From positions 7,206-71,205 of the forward strand of contig JBHJHC010000021.1 in the NCBI GenBank assembly GCA_050331175.1: a stretch of 64,000 bases of DNA, given 5' to 3'. This stretch comes from Rubrobacteraceae bacterium (GTDB lineage Bacteria > Actinomycetota > Rubrobacteria > Rubrobacterales > Rubrobacteraceae). Under the pieces are notes generated by a model, which saw only the letters and a program-made list of their open reading frames with translations, had not been told where the DNA came from and did not search any database. Shown piece by piece: positions 8,980-17,916 of this stretch (position 1 is the first letter of the stretch; every line of letters begins with the position of its first letter). The translations under genes were made by a program, and so were the position numbers.

Positions 8980-10314
8980 TCATGCCGGGGAAAGCAAGAA
9001 GGTCGGGGCCATGCTGCCACCCTGGGTGACGTTCGTAACTCCCCCGAGGCTCATCCGGGTGAGGATACCGACCATCTTGCCGCGGAACATAAACGGGTCG
9101 GTGTCGAGATAGAAGTCCTGTAGCGGAAATCCCGGTTTATCCAGCGCAAACTTCTCGTGGTGCGCCACGATCCTCTGCTGGACAACATGATCTTCGCCTA
9201 CAGCATCCGCGACGACCTTCTCCCACTCGCCAAGCTCCATCTCCCAACCGAGGTGGACATTGCTCCCGCCGTAATCGTGCGTGGGTTTAATCACGAGTGA
9301 AGTGCGGTGCTCTAGCACGTAGCCCTCCGGCACGGTGTCTGCGGCTCCGGGATCGCCGTCCCGGACCAACCTCTTGGTCCAGGGTACGTGATTGCGAACC
9401 GCGTTGCGCTCGGCGCTGCCCAGCCCGAAGTCGTGCTCCGGACTGGTGAGCAGGGCGAAGGCGGATTTATGACCTATAAGATCGCTGACAAAAGGGTTTA
9501 CCAGACACACTGCCCCGGCCCGGGCCGCGTCCACCAGGGTTTTCGTCGCATCCGGCCAGGCTAGGCAGTCCTGTATCATAAGCCGCCGGTAGACGAGGTC
9601 TATCGAGGTCGATTCGGCCACGAGCCGCTCTCCATCGAACGAGAGGCTCCGGGGATCGCAGATCATGGTCTGAATACCGGCCTCGACGAGGTGGTCCCGG
9701 ATGATCTCGAACTCCGGCATCAGCAGTCCATCCTTCCAATCCACAATGGCGATTACGGGGTCCCCTTTCCCTCCCCAGTCGCGCCAGGTGTCAAGAAAGG
9801 CTTCCATCAGCGAGTTCTTGACGAGCAGCGGTCGCGCATCATAGTCTTGGGTGAACCGCTCGTAGACGTGGGTCTGCGCAAACGCTTCCGCTGCTTCATC
9901 GTGGTACCCGATACCACCGGGAGCAGCACCTTGGACCTCGACGAAATCGAGCTTTTTACCGAAGAACGCGTCGTAGCGGTCAAGCACGTCGACATTCTCG
10001 AATCCCGGGTCGATCGTGACCAGTTCACGCTCGGCTTCGCCCACGCCAAGCCCCTCGAGCAGTGATGGGTCCGCGTGCAGGCCAGCCAGGACTTTCGCGA
10101 GCGCCGAGCCGACAAGCGAGGTGGCGAGGCGCTCGACCTCGTAGCGTACCGGGGTCACGAAGTGCGGCCGGGCAACCGTAAACACCCGCCGATCGCCGAA
10201 GGTCACAATGCCGCGCAGACGTTCGAGTCCGGGGTCCGATCCGGGGGTCTCGTGCAGCAGTTGGTGCCAGCGTGAAATAGCCTCCACGCGCAAAGCGGCA
10301 TCGTCACTCGGCAC
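8980..10314 (-). CDS. ATP-grasp-superfamily amide-ligase-like protein (glutathionylspermidine-synthase-like or circularly permuted ATP-grasp-like), function unknown
   Basis: 444 aa. The blocks VNPFVSDLIGHKSAFALLTSPE, LVIKPTHDYGGSNVHLGWE, HVVQQRI and GILTRMSLGGVTNVTQGG resemble that family. This assignment is from memory and has not been searched. Confidence 0.4.
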   Translation of the reverse strand: MPSDDAALRVEAISRWHQLLHETPGSDPGLERLRGIVTFGDRRVFTVARPHFVTPVRYEVERLATSLVGSALAKVLAGLHADPSLLEGLGVGEAERELVTIDPGFENVDVLDRYDAFFGKKLDFVEVQGAAPGGIGYHDEAAEAFAQTHVYERFTQDYDARPLLVKNSLMEAFLDTWRDWGGKGDPVIAIVDWKDGLLMPEFEIIRDHLVEAGIQTMICDPRSLSFDGERLVAESTSIDLVYRRLMIQDCLAWPDATKTLVDAARAGAVCLVNPFVSDLIGHKSAFALLTSPEHDFGLGSAERNAVRNHVPWTKRLVRDGDPGAADTVPEGYVLEHRTSLVIKPTHDYGGSNVHLGWEMELGEWEKVVADAVGEDHVVQQRIVAHHEKFALDKPGFPLQDFYLDTDPFMFRGKMVGILTRMSLGGVTNVTQGGSMAPTFLLSPA

Positions 10315-10360
10315 TAATGTCCTCCTTTACCTTTATACCGAACCCGCATAAGAAATAGAG

Positions 10361-10388
10361 CAGGATACTTAGAGCAGGATACTTGCAC
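10361..10388. repeat. Perfect 14-bp tandem duplication (AGAGCAGGATACTT x2) in an intergenic region
   Basis: Read directly from the sequence. It lies between the APC permease stop and the ATP-grasp-like gene start. Confidence 0.9.
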
Positions 10389-10425
10389 CTCAGGAGTCTA
10401 CCCTTCTAGGGCCCGTAGAATCCAC

Positions 10426-11853
10426 TCACGTTTTCCTGGACCTGGAGGCCCTACTGTAGCGGTAGATCGCGAACCCGGCCACAGAGAATACGAAGATGCC
10501 GGCGACGAGAAACGCCTCGTACGCCAGTGTGCTGCCGGTGTCTATCTGGGCGGGCGGAATGAAACCTGTGATGATCGCGAACACCGCCGCGAAGATCCCG
10601 GTTCCGGCAACTACCCAGATACCGCCCATACCGCCCGGGACCCGATATGCGCGTTCGACCTCCGGCGCTTTGTAGCGCAGCCGGACCGCAGCGGCCATCA
10701 TCAATATATACACGACGAGATATAGCTTGGTGGTCAGGGCGAGCAGTAGGTAGAACGAGGAGTTGACGGTCGGCTCCAGGAGGAAGACCAGCGAGACCAG
10801 GCTTACTATCACCGCCTGGGTAGCTAGCAGGTGGGTGGGAATTCGATGTTCGTTAACGCGCTGGAAGAAGGCGGGCATGTTACCGTCCTCCGCGGCGACG
10901 AGCAGCCCTTTGGACGGGCCGATGATCAGGGCGTTCAACATGCCGATCCCCCCGAAGACCAGGAGTAGGGCTACCGGCGGCACCAGCCAGGAAAGATCGT
11001 AGGCGGCGAAGAAAGCCGTGAACGCCTCCATCACGCCGGCGGCCAGGCTGATTTCCTTTTGGGGTACAACGGCGGCGATGGCGAGCGTGCCCGCCGCGTA
11101 CAACACGATAATGATGCTGCTCGATAAGAGTATGGCCCTGGGATAATGTCGACTCGGGTTACGCACCTCCCGCGCGTGGACCGCCGACATCTCGGTGCCG
11201 GCGAAAAAGAAGAAAACCGTGGACAAGAAAACCACGTTGCGGAGATCGCCCAGGTTGGGCAAAAAGTTGCCGGGATCAAACGAAACCCGGGACGGCTCGC
11301 CGATCAAGAGCCACAGGATTCCGAGAACGAAGATCAACCCGCCGGGCACGAGCGTTCCCACGACCACCCCGGCGCTGCTGATCCAACCCGAGATCTTCAT
11401 ACCCCGGAAGTTGGCGAGGGTAAAGGTCCAGGTCACCACCAGTATGACGCCGAGCGTATACAACTTGTTTGCCGCCAGCGAAGGATTCCACAAGTAGGCG
11501 AGCGAGGCGGCGACAAACGACAGGATGGTCGGGAAGAGTATCATGTAGCTGCACCAGAACAACCAGATACCCAGGAACCCCCACCCGGGCCCGAGCGCCG
11601 CCTTGATCCAATCGTAAAGCCCACCACCTCCGGTCCACCCCGTGGCAAGCTCGGCGGAGACCAGCGCCGCGGGCAGCAAGAAGACCACCGTCGCGACCAC
11701 CAAATAGAAGATCGCCTCCAGGCCGAGTTCCGCCAAAGTCGAGACGTTATTCAAACTAACGATGGCCGCCACGTTGAACATCGCGATGGTGAAAACGCCC
11801 AGGACGCGCCGGCTGGAGGCCGGTGCAGCCGACTCGCTGTCGGGGCCGTTCAA
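10426..11853 (-). CDS. APC-superfamily amino-acid permease (glutamate/GABA-antiporter-like)
   Basis: 475 aa with about 12 TM segments. The N-terminal block FTIAMFNVAAIVSL...AALVSAELATGW..GGGLYDWI is typical of this family. The TTG start overlaps the upstream stop (TTGA). Confidence 0.8.
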   Translation of the reverse strand: MNGPDSESAAPASSRRVLGVFTIAMFNVAAIVSLNNVSTLAELGLEAIFYLVVATVVFLLPAALVSAELATGWTGGGGLYDWIKAALGPGWGFLGIWLFWCSYMILFPTILSFVAASLAYLWNPSLAANKLYTLGVILVVTWTFTLANFRGMKISGWISSAGVVVGTLVPGGLIFVLGILWLLIGEPSRVSFDPGNFLPNLGDLRNVVFLSTVFFFFAGTEMSAVHAREVRNPSRHYPRAILLSSSIIIVLYAAGTLAIAAVVPQKEISLAAGVMEAFTAFFAAYDLSWLVPPVALLLVFGGIGMLNALIIGPSKGLLVAAEDGNMPAFFQRVNEHRIPTHLLATQAVIVSLVSLVFLLEPTVNSSFYLLLALTTKLYLVVYILMMAAAVRLRYKAPEVERAYRVPGGMGGIWVVAGTGIFAAVFAIITGFIPPAQIDTGSTLAYEAFLVAGIFVFSVAGFAIYRYSRASRSRKT

Positions 11854-13337
11854 GACCGGGCGTCTTTTTCGGCAAAGATGAACCCGAGGAGTTCCTGGCC
11901 GAAATCCGAGGCGGATTGCACATCTTCGGGCGATACCTCGACGTTGTTCAAATACTGGAGCCGCAGCACGTCGCCGTCGTCGCGGCCCTCGGGTACCACG
12001 CCGCCGAAGAAAAACCCCAGCTCCGAAAGCCGCTCCCCATCATCCTGCGTGGCGGGAAGGGAGAGCGGGAGGTCCGCGTACACGCAATCTACCCGGTGTA
12101 GCCGCAACTCCCGCAGTCGCCCCCGAACCAGCTCTTCCAGGTCCTCCCCCGGCTCGATGACCTTCAAGAAAGCTATGTTGTGATCCTGGCGCACCTGGAC
12201 GCTTACCCGCGAAGAAGGAGCCCTCTGGCTTTCCTGTACCTCGCCCATCGTGCGGCGCAGCCCGTTTAGCTCCACGATGCGCCCAACCACCCCCTGATAG
12301 CGGGCGGGCGGATAGACGGTACGTCCGGGCTCTTTGTTTGCCCGGGTGTAGAACAGGGCTACCGACCCGCGACTCCTGGCGCGGTCGTCGGCGATCTGCT
12401 TGTAGGAGACCGTAGGCGGGATGTAGCCCAGCAAGAACCCCGTCTCCCGGGCCCCGAGCTTCAGGTTACCCTTCTGGCTGTAGGGATGTATCGCGGTTGC
12501 CTCGCTGTAGAGACCGTAGATCCCGCCCTTGCGGGCCTCCTCTACCAAGAACGCTTTCATTCTCTCGAACAGGTGGTGTCCCCTGAAACGCGGGTTCACA
12601 ACCGCCTGGCCCGCCTCCGCGATAGGCGAATCGGGGTGTTCGAACCGCATCGCGAGATGGCCCACAAACTCATCTTCCGCGGTTACCGCCACACAGGAGC
12701 GCATCAGGCCGCTCTCCTGTAACTTCTGGATGCGGTCCGGGTAGTAGATGTCCTCCCAGTCGTAGCTGTAACCGTAGGAACGGTAGACGCAGCGCGAGAG
12801 AAAAACCGCCTCCTCCGGGCGCATCATCCGGATTTCTAGCGGGGTATCTTCCGCGGCCGCCGGCGCCCGGGCGGTCCGATGGTGCTCTTCTTCCGGGAGT
12901 TGGTCCCGCACGTCGGTCTGGGGAAGCTGCTTGATCAACTCCACCCGGTTACCCCCACGGCCCAGGTTTATGAATCGAACCTCATCGGCGAACCGGTGGA
13001 ACGGCAGGCTTTCCGAACCCGGGCCTCCTTCCTCGAACCGCGCGTAGTCGAGCGGGAGCCCCTGATCCTCGACCGCGACGACGACCTGCCCGGAACGGCG
13101 GAGGACGTGAACCTCGTAGCTTCCGCGTTCTTCCGGTCTGTAGGCGTTCTCGATAACGTTCCGGCAGACCGCTTCGACGGCGCGCACCAACTGTCCGGCC
13201 TCGGCGTCTCCCAACCCGATCTGGCGAATCGTCTGCTGCACGAAATCTACCGTGGATGGCAGAAAGCCACCGTCGGCCGCGATCGCAATGCGGACGAGCG
13301 GGTCTTCTAGTTCCGGCACGCGTTGCTGGCTCCCCAT
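11850..13337 (-). CDS. Three-part fusion: RsbW-like HATPase_c domain, GNAT acetyltransferase domain and a conserved C-terminal domain of unknown function
   Basis: The N-terminus VRAVEAVCRNVIENAY...YEVHVLRRSGQVVVAVEDQGLP is anti-sigma-kinase-like. The middle, VGHLAMRF...QAVVNPRFRGHHLFERM, is the acetyl-CoA-binding core of a GNAT. Confidence 0.6.
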   Translation of the reverse strand: MGSQQRVPELEDPLVRIAIAADGGFLPSTVDFVQQTIRQIGLGDAEAGQLVRAVEAVCRNVIENAYRPEERGSYEVHVLRRSGQVVVAVEDQGLPLDYARFEEGGPGSESLPFHRFADEVRFINLGRGGNRVELIKQLPQTDVRDQLPEEEHHRTARAPAAAEDTPLEIRMMRPEEAVFLSRCVYRSYGYSYDWEDIYYPDRIQKLQESGLMRSCVAVTAEDEFVGHLAMRFEHPDSPIAEAGQAVVNPRFRGHHLFERMKAFLVEEARKGGIYGLYSEATAIHPYSQKGNLKLGARETGFLLGYIPPTVSYKQIADDRARSRGSVALFYTRANKEPGRTVYPPARYQGVVGRIVELNGLRRTMGEVQESQRAPSSRVSVQVRQDHNIAFLKVIEPGEDLEELVRGRLRELRLHRVDCVYADLPLSLPATQDDGERLSELGFFFGGVVPEGRDDGDVLRLQYLNNVEVSPEDVQSASDFGQELLGFIFAEKDARS

Positions 13338-13394
13338 AAGTCGCCAAAAAGAATATTACATTTTCCGCGAGACTTCCCGCCAGCGATACCAGTC

Positions 13395-14366
13395 TCAGCC
13401 GGGTATTGCGACGGATTGTGGATGCAACGCTCTCTTTAGGGCTGCGTTCCGGTCCGCGATAAGCCTCTGGGAACTGGCTGCCCCGGGCAAGAAGGTGTCG
13501 GAGCCGTGGATGAGGCCCGGGTAGACGTGCAGCTCGGTGGGAACCCCAGCTTCTATAAGCCTTCTCGCATACCCGACGTTCTCGTCCAGGAAGATATCGA
13601 GGGTGCCCACGGCGAGGTAGGCTGGTGGCAGGCCGGAGAGATCCGTGGCCCTGGCGGCCGCGGCGTAGGGTGAGACACCCGCTTTGCCCGCCCCATTGCC
13701 CAGATAGGCGTTCCACCCGTTCTCGTTGTCCTGACGACTCCAGATACGGGAGGTGCCGTTCGCGTGGGCTGAGGGCGTTTCGTTGCGGTCGTCTATCATG
13801 GCGTAAATGGGGGCCTGGAAGGCTACGGCGACCTCGCCCCGGTCGCGGACCAGGAGTGCGAGCCCCGCGGTGAGGCCGCCTCCGGCGCTGGGGCCGGTTA
13901 TGGCTATCCTTGCCGGGTCTACGCCGAGGTCCCCGGCGTTGGATGCCATCCACTTGAGGGCGGCATAGCAGTCCTCGAGCGGCGCCGGGAAAGGATGCTC
14001 GGGGGCGAGCCGGTAGTCTACGGAGACCACGACGCATTCTACGGCTTCGGTTACGTTCTGGGATACGAGGTCTTCCTGGTCCACGCTGCCCACGATGTAG
14101 CCACCGCCGTGGATCCAGAGCACCCCCGGCAAGATACCGGAGCTTTCTACGGGCCGGTAGACTCGTACCGGGACCTCAGGGGCTCCTTCGGGGCCGGGTA
14201 CCGTCCGGTCTTCTTTTGTAACGTTCTCAGAGTCTGGAATATCGGCTGTCATCTGCTCGAAAAATACCCGGGTCTCGGGCAGGTCTTCCCAGTCGACAAA
14301 CCCTTTGGGCGGAACCTCTCGATAGGCGGCGACCAGTTCCGGGTCCATTCTCTGGGTAAGGTCCAT
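13395..14366 (-). CDS. Alpha/beta-hydrolase, hormone-sensitive-lipase-type esterase
   Basis: Contains the HGGG oxyanion motif (WIHGGGY), the nucleophile elbow GPSAGG, and a C-terminal DIFLDE...H catalytic region. Confidence 0.8.
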   Translation of the reverse strand: MDLTQRMDPELVAAYREVPPKGFVDWEDLPETRVFFEQMTADIPDSENVTKEDRTVPGPEGAPEVPVRVYRPVESSGILPGVLWIHGGGYIVGSVDQEDLVSQNVTEAVECVVVSVDYRLAPEHPFPAPLEDCYAALKWMASNAGDLGVDPARIAITGPSAGGGLTAGLALLVRDRGEVAVAFQAPIYAMIDDRNETPSAHANGTSRIWSRQDNENGWNAYLGNGAGKAGVSPYAAAARATDLSGLPPAYLAVGTLDIFLDENVGYARRLIEAGVPTELHVYPGLIHGSDTFLPGAASSQRLIADRNAALKRALHPQSVAIPG

Positions 14367-14414
14367 GAGTACGTTCCTCCTTATCGTCCGTAGCCACTAC
14401 CACTTGATTCCCGA

Positions 14415-14700
14415 TTGCTCGGCGTTCCAGCCTTTTCCCCGGGGCAGTCGCTCCTTATGGAGTTACGATCACGCCCCAGCAGGAAACCCATGGCAATCTC
14501 AAACGACGGCTTCTCCAACGGGTTTCAGTGTAGTAGACCCGCGCGCCCAAGGGAAAATGCCACTATCCCTCGGCTGTTCGTCTGCACCCGTACACATTGA
14601 GTGCAACTCAGCCTCGACTCGGCAGACCGGGACGAATCGCAGTTCGAGGATCCGAACCGCTTCGACAGCTTCGGCCCCGGCCCTCACTGTTGGACTATCT
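14415..14700 (+). pseudogene. Possible cytochrome P450 C-terminal relic
   Basis: The plus-frame translation ..ADRDESQFEDPNRFDSFGPGPHCW resembles the P450 NRD..F.dPdrFD...FG.G.H.C.G heme-loop region. It is shortened, interrupted by a stop at 14598-14600, and truncated by the alpha-galactosidase gene end. Confidence 0.35.
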
Positions 14701-16789
14701 CGACCAGAACGCTCGATAGCTCGTCGTCCAGTCGCACCTTGACGCCCCGCCACATGAGGGCTTTGCCGCTCACCGGCTCCTCTTCCAGGGTCGTAAGGTA
14801 CAAGGCTTCAGGGTTGAGGCCGCGGAGGAAAATCGTGGGTGCGGGGTCCGGGAACTGGTGGGTGCTCCGGAATACGAACAGGATGGATCTGGAACTATCC
14901 CGGCTAACATACTGGACGGCGGTGGTGTCACCCTCTCTCGGAGAGAGCAGCCGGTACTGGTCGCCGCCCTGAACCACGTCCCGGATCTCCTTATACTTCT
15001 CGACCAGCCCGCGGGCTTCTTCCATCTCCTCCGTGGACCATTCGATCAGATTTCCGCCGACGCCCAGAGAGCCCATCATGGCCGAGTGGAAACGATATGC
15101 AACAGAAGTCTCCCGGCCTTTCACCCACTTCCCCGAGTCGGCAACCCAGCACATCATTACCCGCGCCGGATAAGCCATCGAGAAGCCTTCCTGGATACGA
15201 AGCCGGTCGTAGGGGTCGGTGTTGTCGGAGACCCAGGCCTGATCCGCGTAGCGGAACATCCCGAGATCTACCCGTCCCCCGCCCCCCGCACAGGTCTCGA
15301 AGTACACGCCGGGATGCCTCCGGCGCAGCCGGTGGAGGATCTCGTAGATCCCCCACACGTGCCGAACCCAGGCCTCGCGCTGTTTTTCTAGCGGGGCTTC
15401 CGGCCAGCCGGGCTCCGAGAAGGGGCGGTTCATGTCCCACTTGACGAACGAGATGTCGTGCTCGGCGAGCAGGCCGTCCAGTACGCCGAACAGGTGTTCC
15501 CGAACTTCTACTTTCGCCAGGTTCAAGACTAGCTGGTTGCGGCTCTCGGTAAGCTCCCGGTTCGGAAAGCGGTAGACCCAGTCGGGATGCTCCCGGTAGA
15601 GGTCGCTGTCTTTGTTGACCATCTCGGGTTCCACCCACAGGCCAAATTCCATGCCTAAAGCGTGGACCTTCTCGATCAGGGGGTGCAGGCCGTTCGGGAA
15701 CTTCTCCGGGTTCACCCACCAGTCCCCGAGACCCCGGCCGTCGTCGTGCCGCTCTCCGAACCAGCCGTCGTCCACGACGAACAGCTCGACGCCCAATGAT
15801 GCGGCCTTCTCGGCCAGCTCCCCTTGCCCCTTCTCGTTGACGTCGAAGTAGGTCGCCTCCCAGGAGTTGTAGAGCACGGGCAGCGGACCTTTCGTGGGCA
15901 GCAAGTGGTCCAGCGTGTAGCGGTGAAGGTTGCGGCTCATCCCGCCGAAACCCTCCCGCGTATATCCCCCGATAAAGGATGGGGTTTGAAGTTCTTCTCC
16001 GGCGGCGAGATGCCAGGAGAAGTCGAAATCGTTGATGCCGCCGGAGACTTGCAAGAAGCCGTGGGCGTCGTGATCCACCGCAATCTTCCAGTTTCCACTC
16101 CATCCTAGAGCCCCGAACCAGACCTCCCCCGAGTCCTCGATGGCGTTGCCCCGGTCCAGGGCGAAAAAGGGGTTGGCGTGGTGGCTGGTGTGGCCCCTCC
16201 GGCTCTCAAAGACTTTCTTTCCCGGTGAGATCCCCTCCCGGTAAACCTGGGTCTCGCCGGCAAACTGTCCCGCCAGATGGGTCAGCCGGTAGTCGTATCC
16301 CCGCGGTACGTGCCACGTCGCGGAGAGTACTTCCTCCAGGGTAACCGGTTCTTCGCCTTCGTTCTCCAGAACGGCGAAACGTTCTACCAGATCTTGCTCC
16401 TCGAACAGCCGGTAATGGAGGCCGACCCGCAGAGGATAGTGGGCGTCGCGCAACACGACCACGAGCTCTGGAACACCGTCGTTCGCTATTCGATGGTCGT
16501 GGTATACGAGGCGCGTATCCCGGACGCCGTCCGCGAAGGTGGCTCTGAGACACGGCTCCCGATAGTACAGGCTTCCCCAAGCCGGAAACTCGTACCTCAG
16601 CCCCGGGCCGTGGGGGCTCTCGAACGGGAAATAGTACCCCTTGACGTCCGGCAAGTCCTCGATCCGGGGCAGCGCGCCGCCAAAGTATACGTGGCGCAAA
16701 CGGTTCTCTGTATCCAGTTCCAGGCCGTAGGTTACGTTGGCTCCTTGAAGCGCCCAGCGGCGGCGTTTCTCGTCGTACAGAATTGGCAT
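14684..16789 (-). CDS. Alpha-galactosidase, GH36
   Basis: 701 aa. Contains the GH36 blocks FVVDDGWF, FGLWVEPEMV, ISFVKWDMNR and ETCAGGGGRVD. Confidence 0.9.
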   Translation of the reverse strand: MPILYDEKRRRWALQGANVTYGLELDTENRLRHVYFGGALPRIEDLPDVKGYYFPFESPHGPGLRYEFPAWGSLYYREPCLRATFADGVRDTRLVYHDHRIANDGVPELVVVLRDAHYPLRVGLHYRLFEEQDLVERFAVLENEGEEPVTLEEVLSATWHVPRGYDYRLTHLAGQFAGETQVYREGISPGKKVFESRRGHTSHHANPFFALDRGNAIEDSGEVWFGALGWSGNWKIAVDHDAHGFLQVSGGINDFDFSWHLAAGEELQTPSFIGGYTREGFGGMSRNLHRYTLDHLLPTKGPLPVLYNSWEATYFDVNEKGQGELAEKAASLGVELFVVDDGWFGERHDDGRGLGDWWVNPEKFPNGLHPLIEKVHALGMEFGLWVEPEMVNKDSDLYREHPDWVYRFPNRELTESRNQLVLNLAKVEVREHLFGVLDGLLAEHDISFVKWDMNRPFSEPGWPEAPLEKQREAWVRHVWGIYEILHRLRRRHPGVYFETCAGGGGRVDLGMFRYADQAWVSDNTDPYDRLRIQEGFSMAYPARVMMCWVADSGKWVKGRETSVAYRFHSAMMGSLGVGGNLIEWSTEEMEEARGLVEKYKEIRDVVQGGDQYRLLSPREGDTTAVQYVSRDSSRSILFVFRSTHQFPDPAPTIFLRGLNPEALYLTTLEEEPVSGKALMWRGVKVRLDDELSSVLVEIVQQ

Positions 16790-17905
16790 CTAAAGGATTA
16801 CCTCCGCACCCGCTACCGGTAAGAACTCGTAGAAGACCGGAGCCTCGAACCCCCGCCCGGTGAAAGCGCCCTGGATCTTCTCTCGCAAGCCTCCGGCCTC
16901 CCTGGCCCGCGCGAGGACTATGGCACAACCCCCGAAACCGCCGCCGGTGAGCCGGGCGCCCAGGGCCCCTGAGTCCTCGGACACCTCCACGACGGTATCT
17001 ATCTCCGGGGTGGACATCTCAAAGTCATCGCGCATCGAACGGTGTGACTCGTACATCAAACGTCCGAATGCTCCGAAGTCCTCTTCTCCCAAAGCTTCTA
17101 CCGCCGCCAGCGTCCGGGCGTTCTCGGTGACGACGTGCCGGGCGCGTTGCCGCTCTTTCCCGTCGAGCATTTCCAGGTCCTCTTCGCGGGCGTCGCGCAG
17201 CTTCTCTACGCCGAGGTTTTTGGCGGCCCGTTCGCACTCCTCCCGGCGTTCGTTGTATCCGGTCTCAGCCGGTCCGTGCTGCACGCGGGTGTCGCACACC
17301 AGCAATGCCAGTCCGGGAGGTTCCAGGTCCAGGGGGACGCGCTCCGACACCAGAGAGCGGCAGTCTATAAACAGCGCGGCGCCTGCTTCACAGAGCAGCG
17401 AGGCGTACTGATCCATGATGCCGCTTTGTAGGCCTACAAACTCGTTTTCGGCCTTCATACAAAGCGCCGCCATCTCTTTCCGGTCCATGCCGAGTCCAAA
17501 GAGCGCGTCCAGGGCCAGCGCCGTAGACGCCTCTATCGCCGCCGAGGAAGAGAGCCCGGAGCCGAGCGGCACGTTTCCGGCAATAGCCGCCCGAAAACTC
17601 TCCAACTCGTAGCCCGCGCCCCTTAGGGCCCAGGCCACGCCCCGCGGGTAGTCCGACCAGGAACCTTCTCTTTTTTCATTTACCGGCTTCTTCTCGCCGA
17701 AGTCCGCGGAGTAAAGCCCGTCGCCGCCGCGGCCGATGGCGACCGCCACGCGGCGCTCCACGGCGCAGGGCAAAACGTAGCCATCATTGTAGTCGGTGTG
17801 CTCCCCGATGAGGTTTACCCGGCCCGGCGCGCTCGCGACCTTCTCCGGGTCTTCTCCGAAGTTCTCTTTGTAGGCTTCAACGGCCCGCTGCTCTATCTCT
17901 CGCAA
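16790..17905 (-). CDS. galK: Galactokinase
   Basis: Contains the GHMP kinase signature APGRVNLIGEHTDYNDG and GLSSSAA. I prefer the TTG at 17905 (GAAGGA 6 nt upstream, downstream of the galE stop). The GTG at 17953 would overlap galE by 37 nt. Confidence 0.9.
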   Translation of the reverse strand: MREIEQRAVEAYKENFGEDPEKVASAPGRVNLIGEHTDYNDGYVLPCAVERRVAVAIGRGGDGLYSADFGEKKPVNEKREGSWSDYPRGVAWALRGAGYELESFRAAIAGNVPLGSGLSSSAAIEASTALALDALFGLGMDRKEMAALCMKAENEFVGLQSGIMDQYASLLCEAGAALFIDCRSLVSERVPLDLEPPGLALLVCDTRVQHGPAETGYNERREECERAAKNLGVEKLRDAREEDLEMLDGKERQRARHVVTENARTLAAVEALGEEDFGAFGRLMYESHRSMRDDFEMSTPEIDTVVEVSEDSGALGARLTGGGFGGCAIVLARAREAGGLREKIQGAFTGRGFEAPVFYEFLPVAGAEVIL

Positions 17906-17916
17906 ACCGTTTCCTT

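Noticed and set aside
12982-14037. 351-aa ORF bridging the GNAT-fusion and esterase genes.
   Set aside because: It crosses an intergenic gap and is about one third Arg/Pro/Gly. Both overlapped genes have strong family motifs in other frames.
14991-16103. 370-aa ORF inside the GH36 gene. Similar cases are 16206-16928, 22403-23398 and 23035-23931 in the galK and GH42 regions.
   Set aside because: These are out-of-frame or antisense shadows of strongly supported glycosidase and Leloir-pathway genes.
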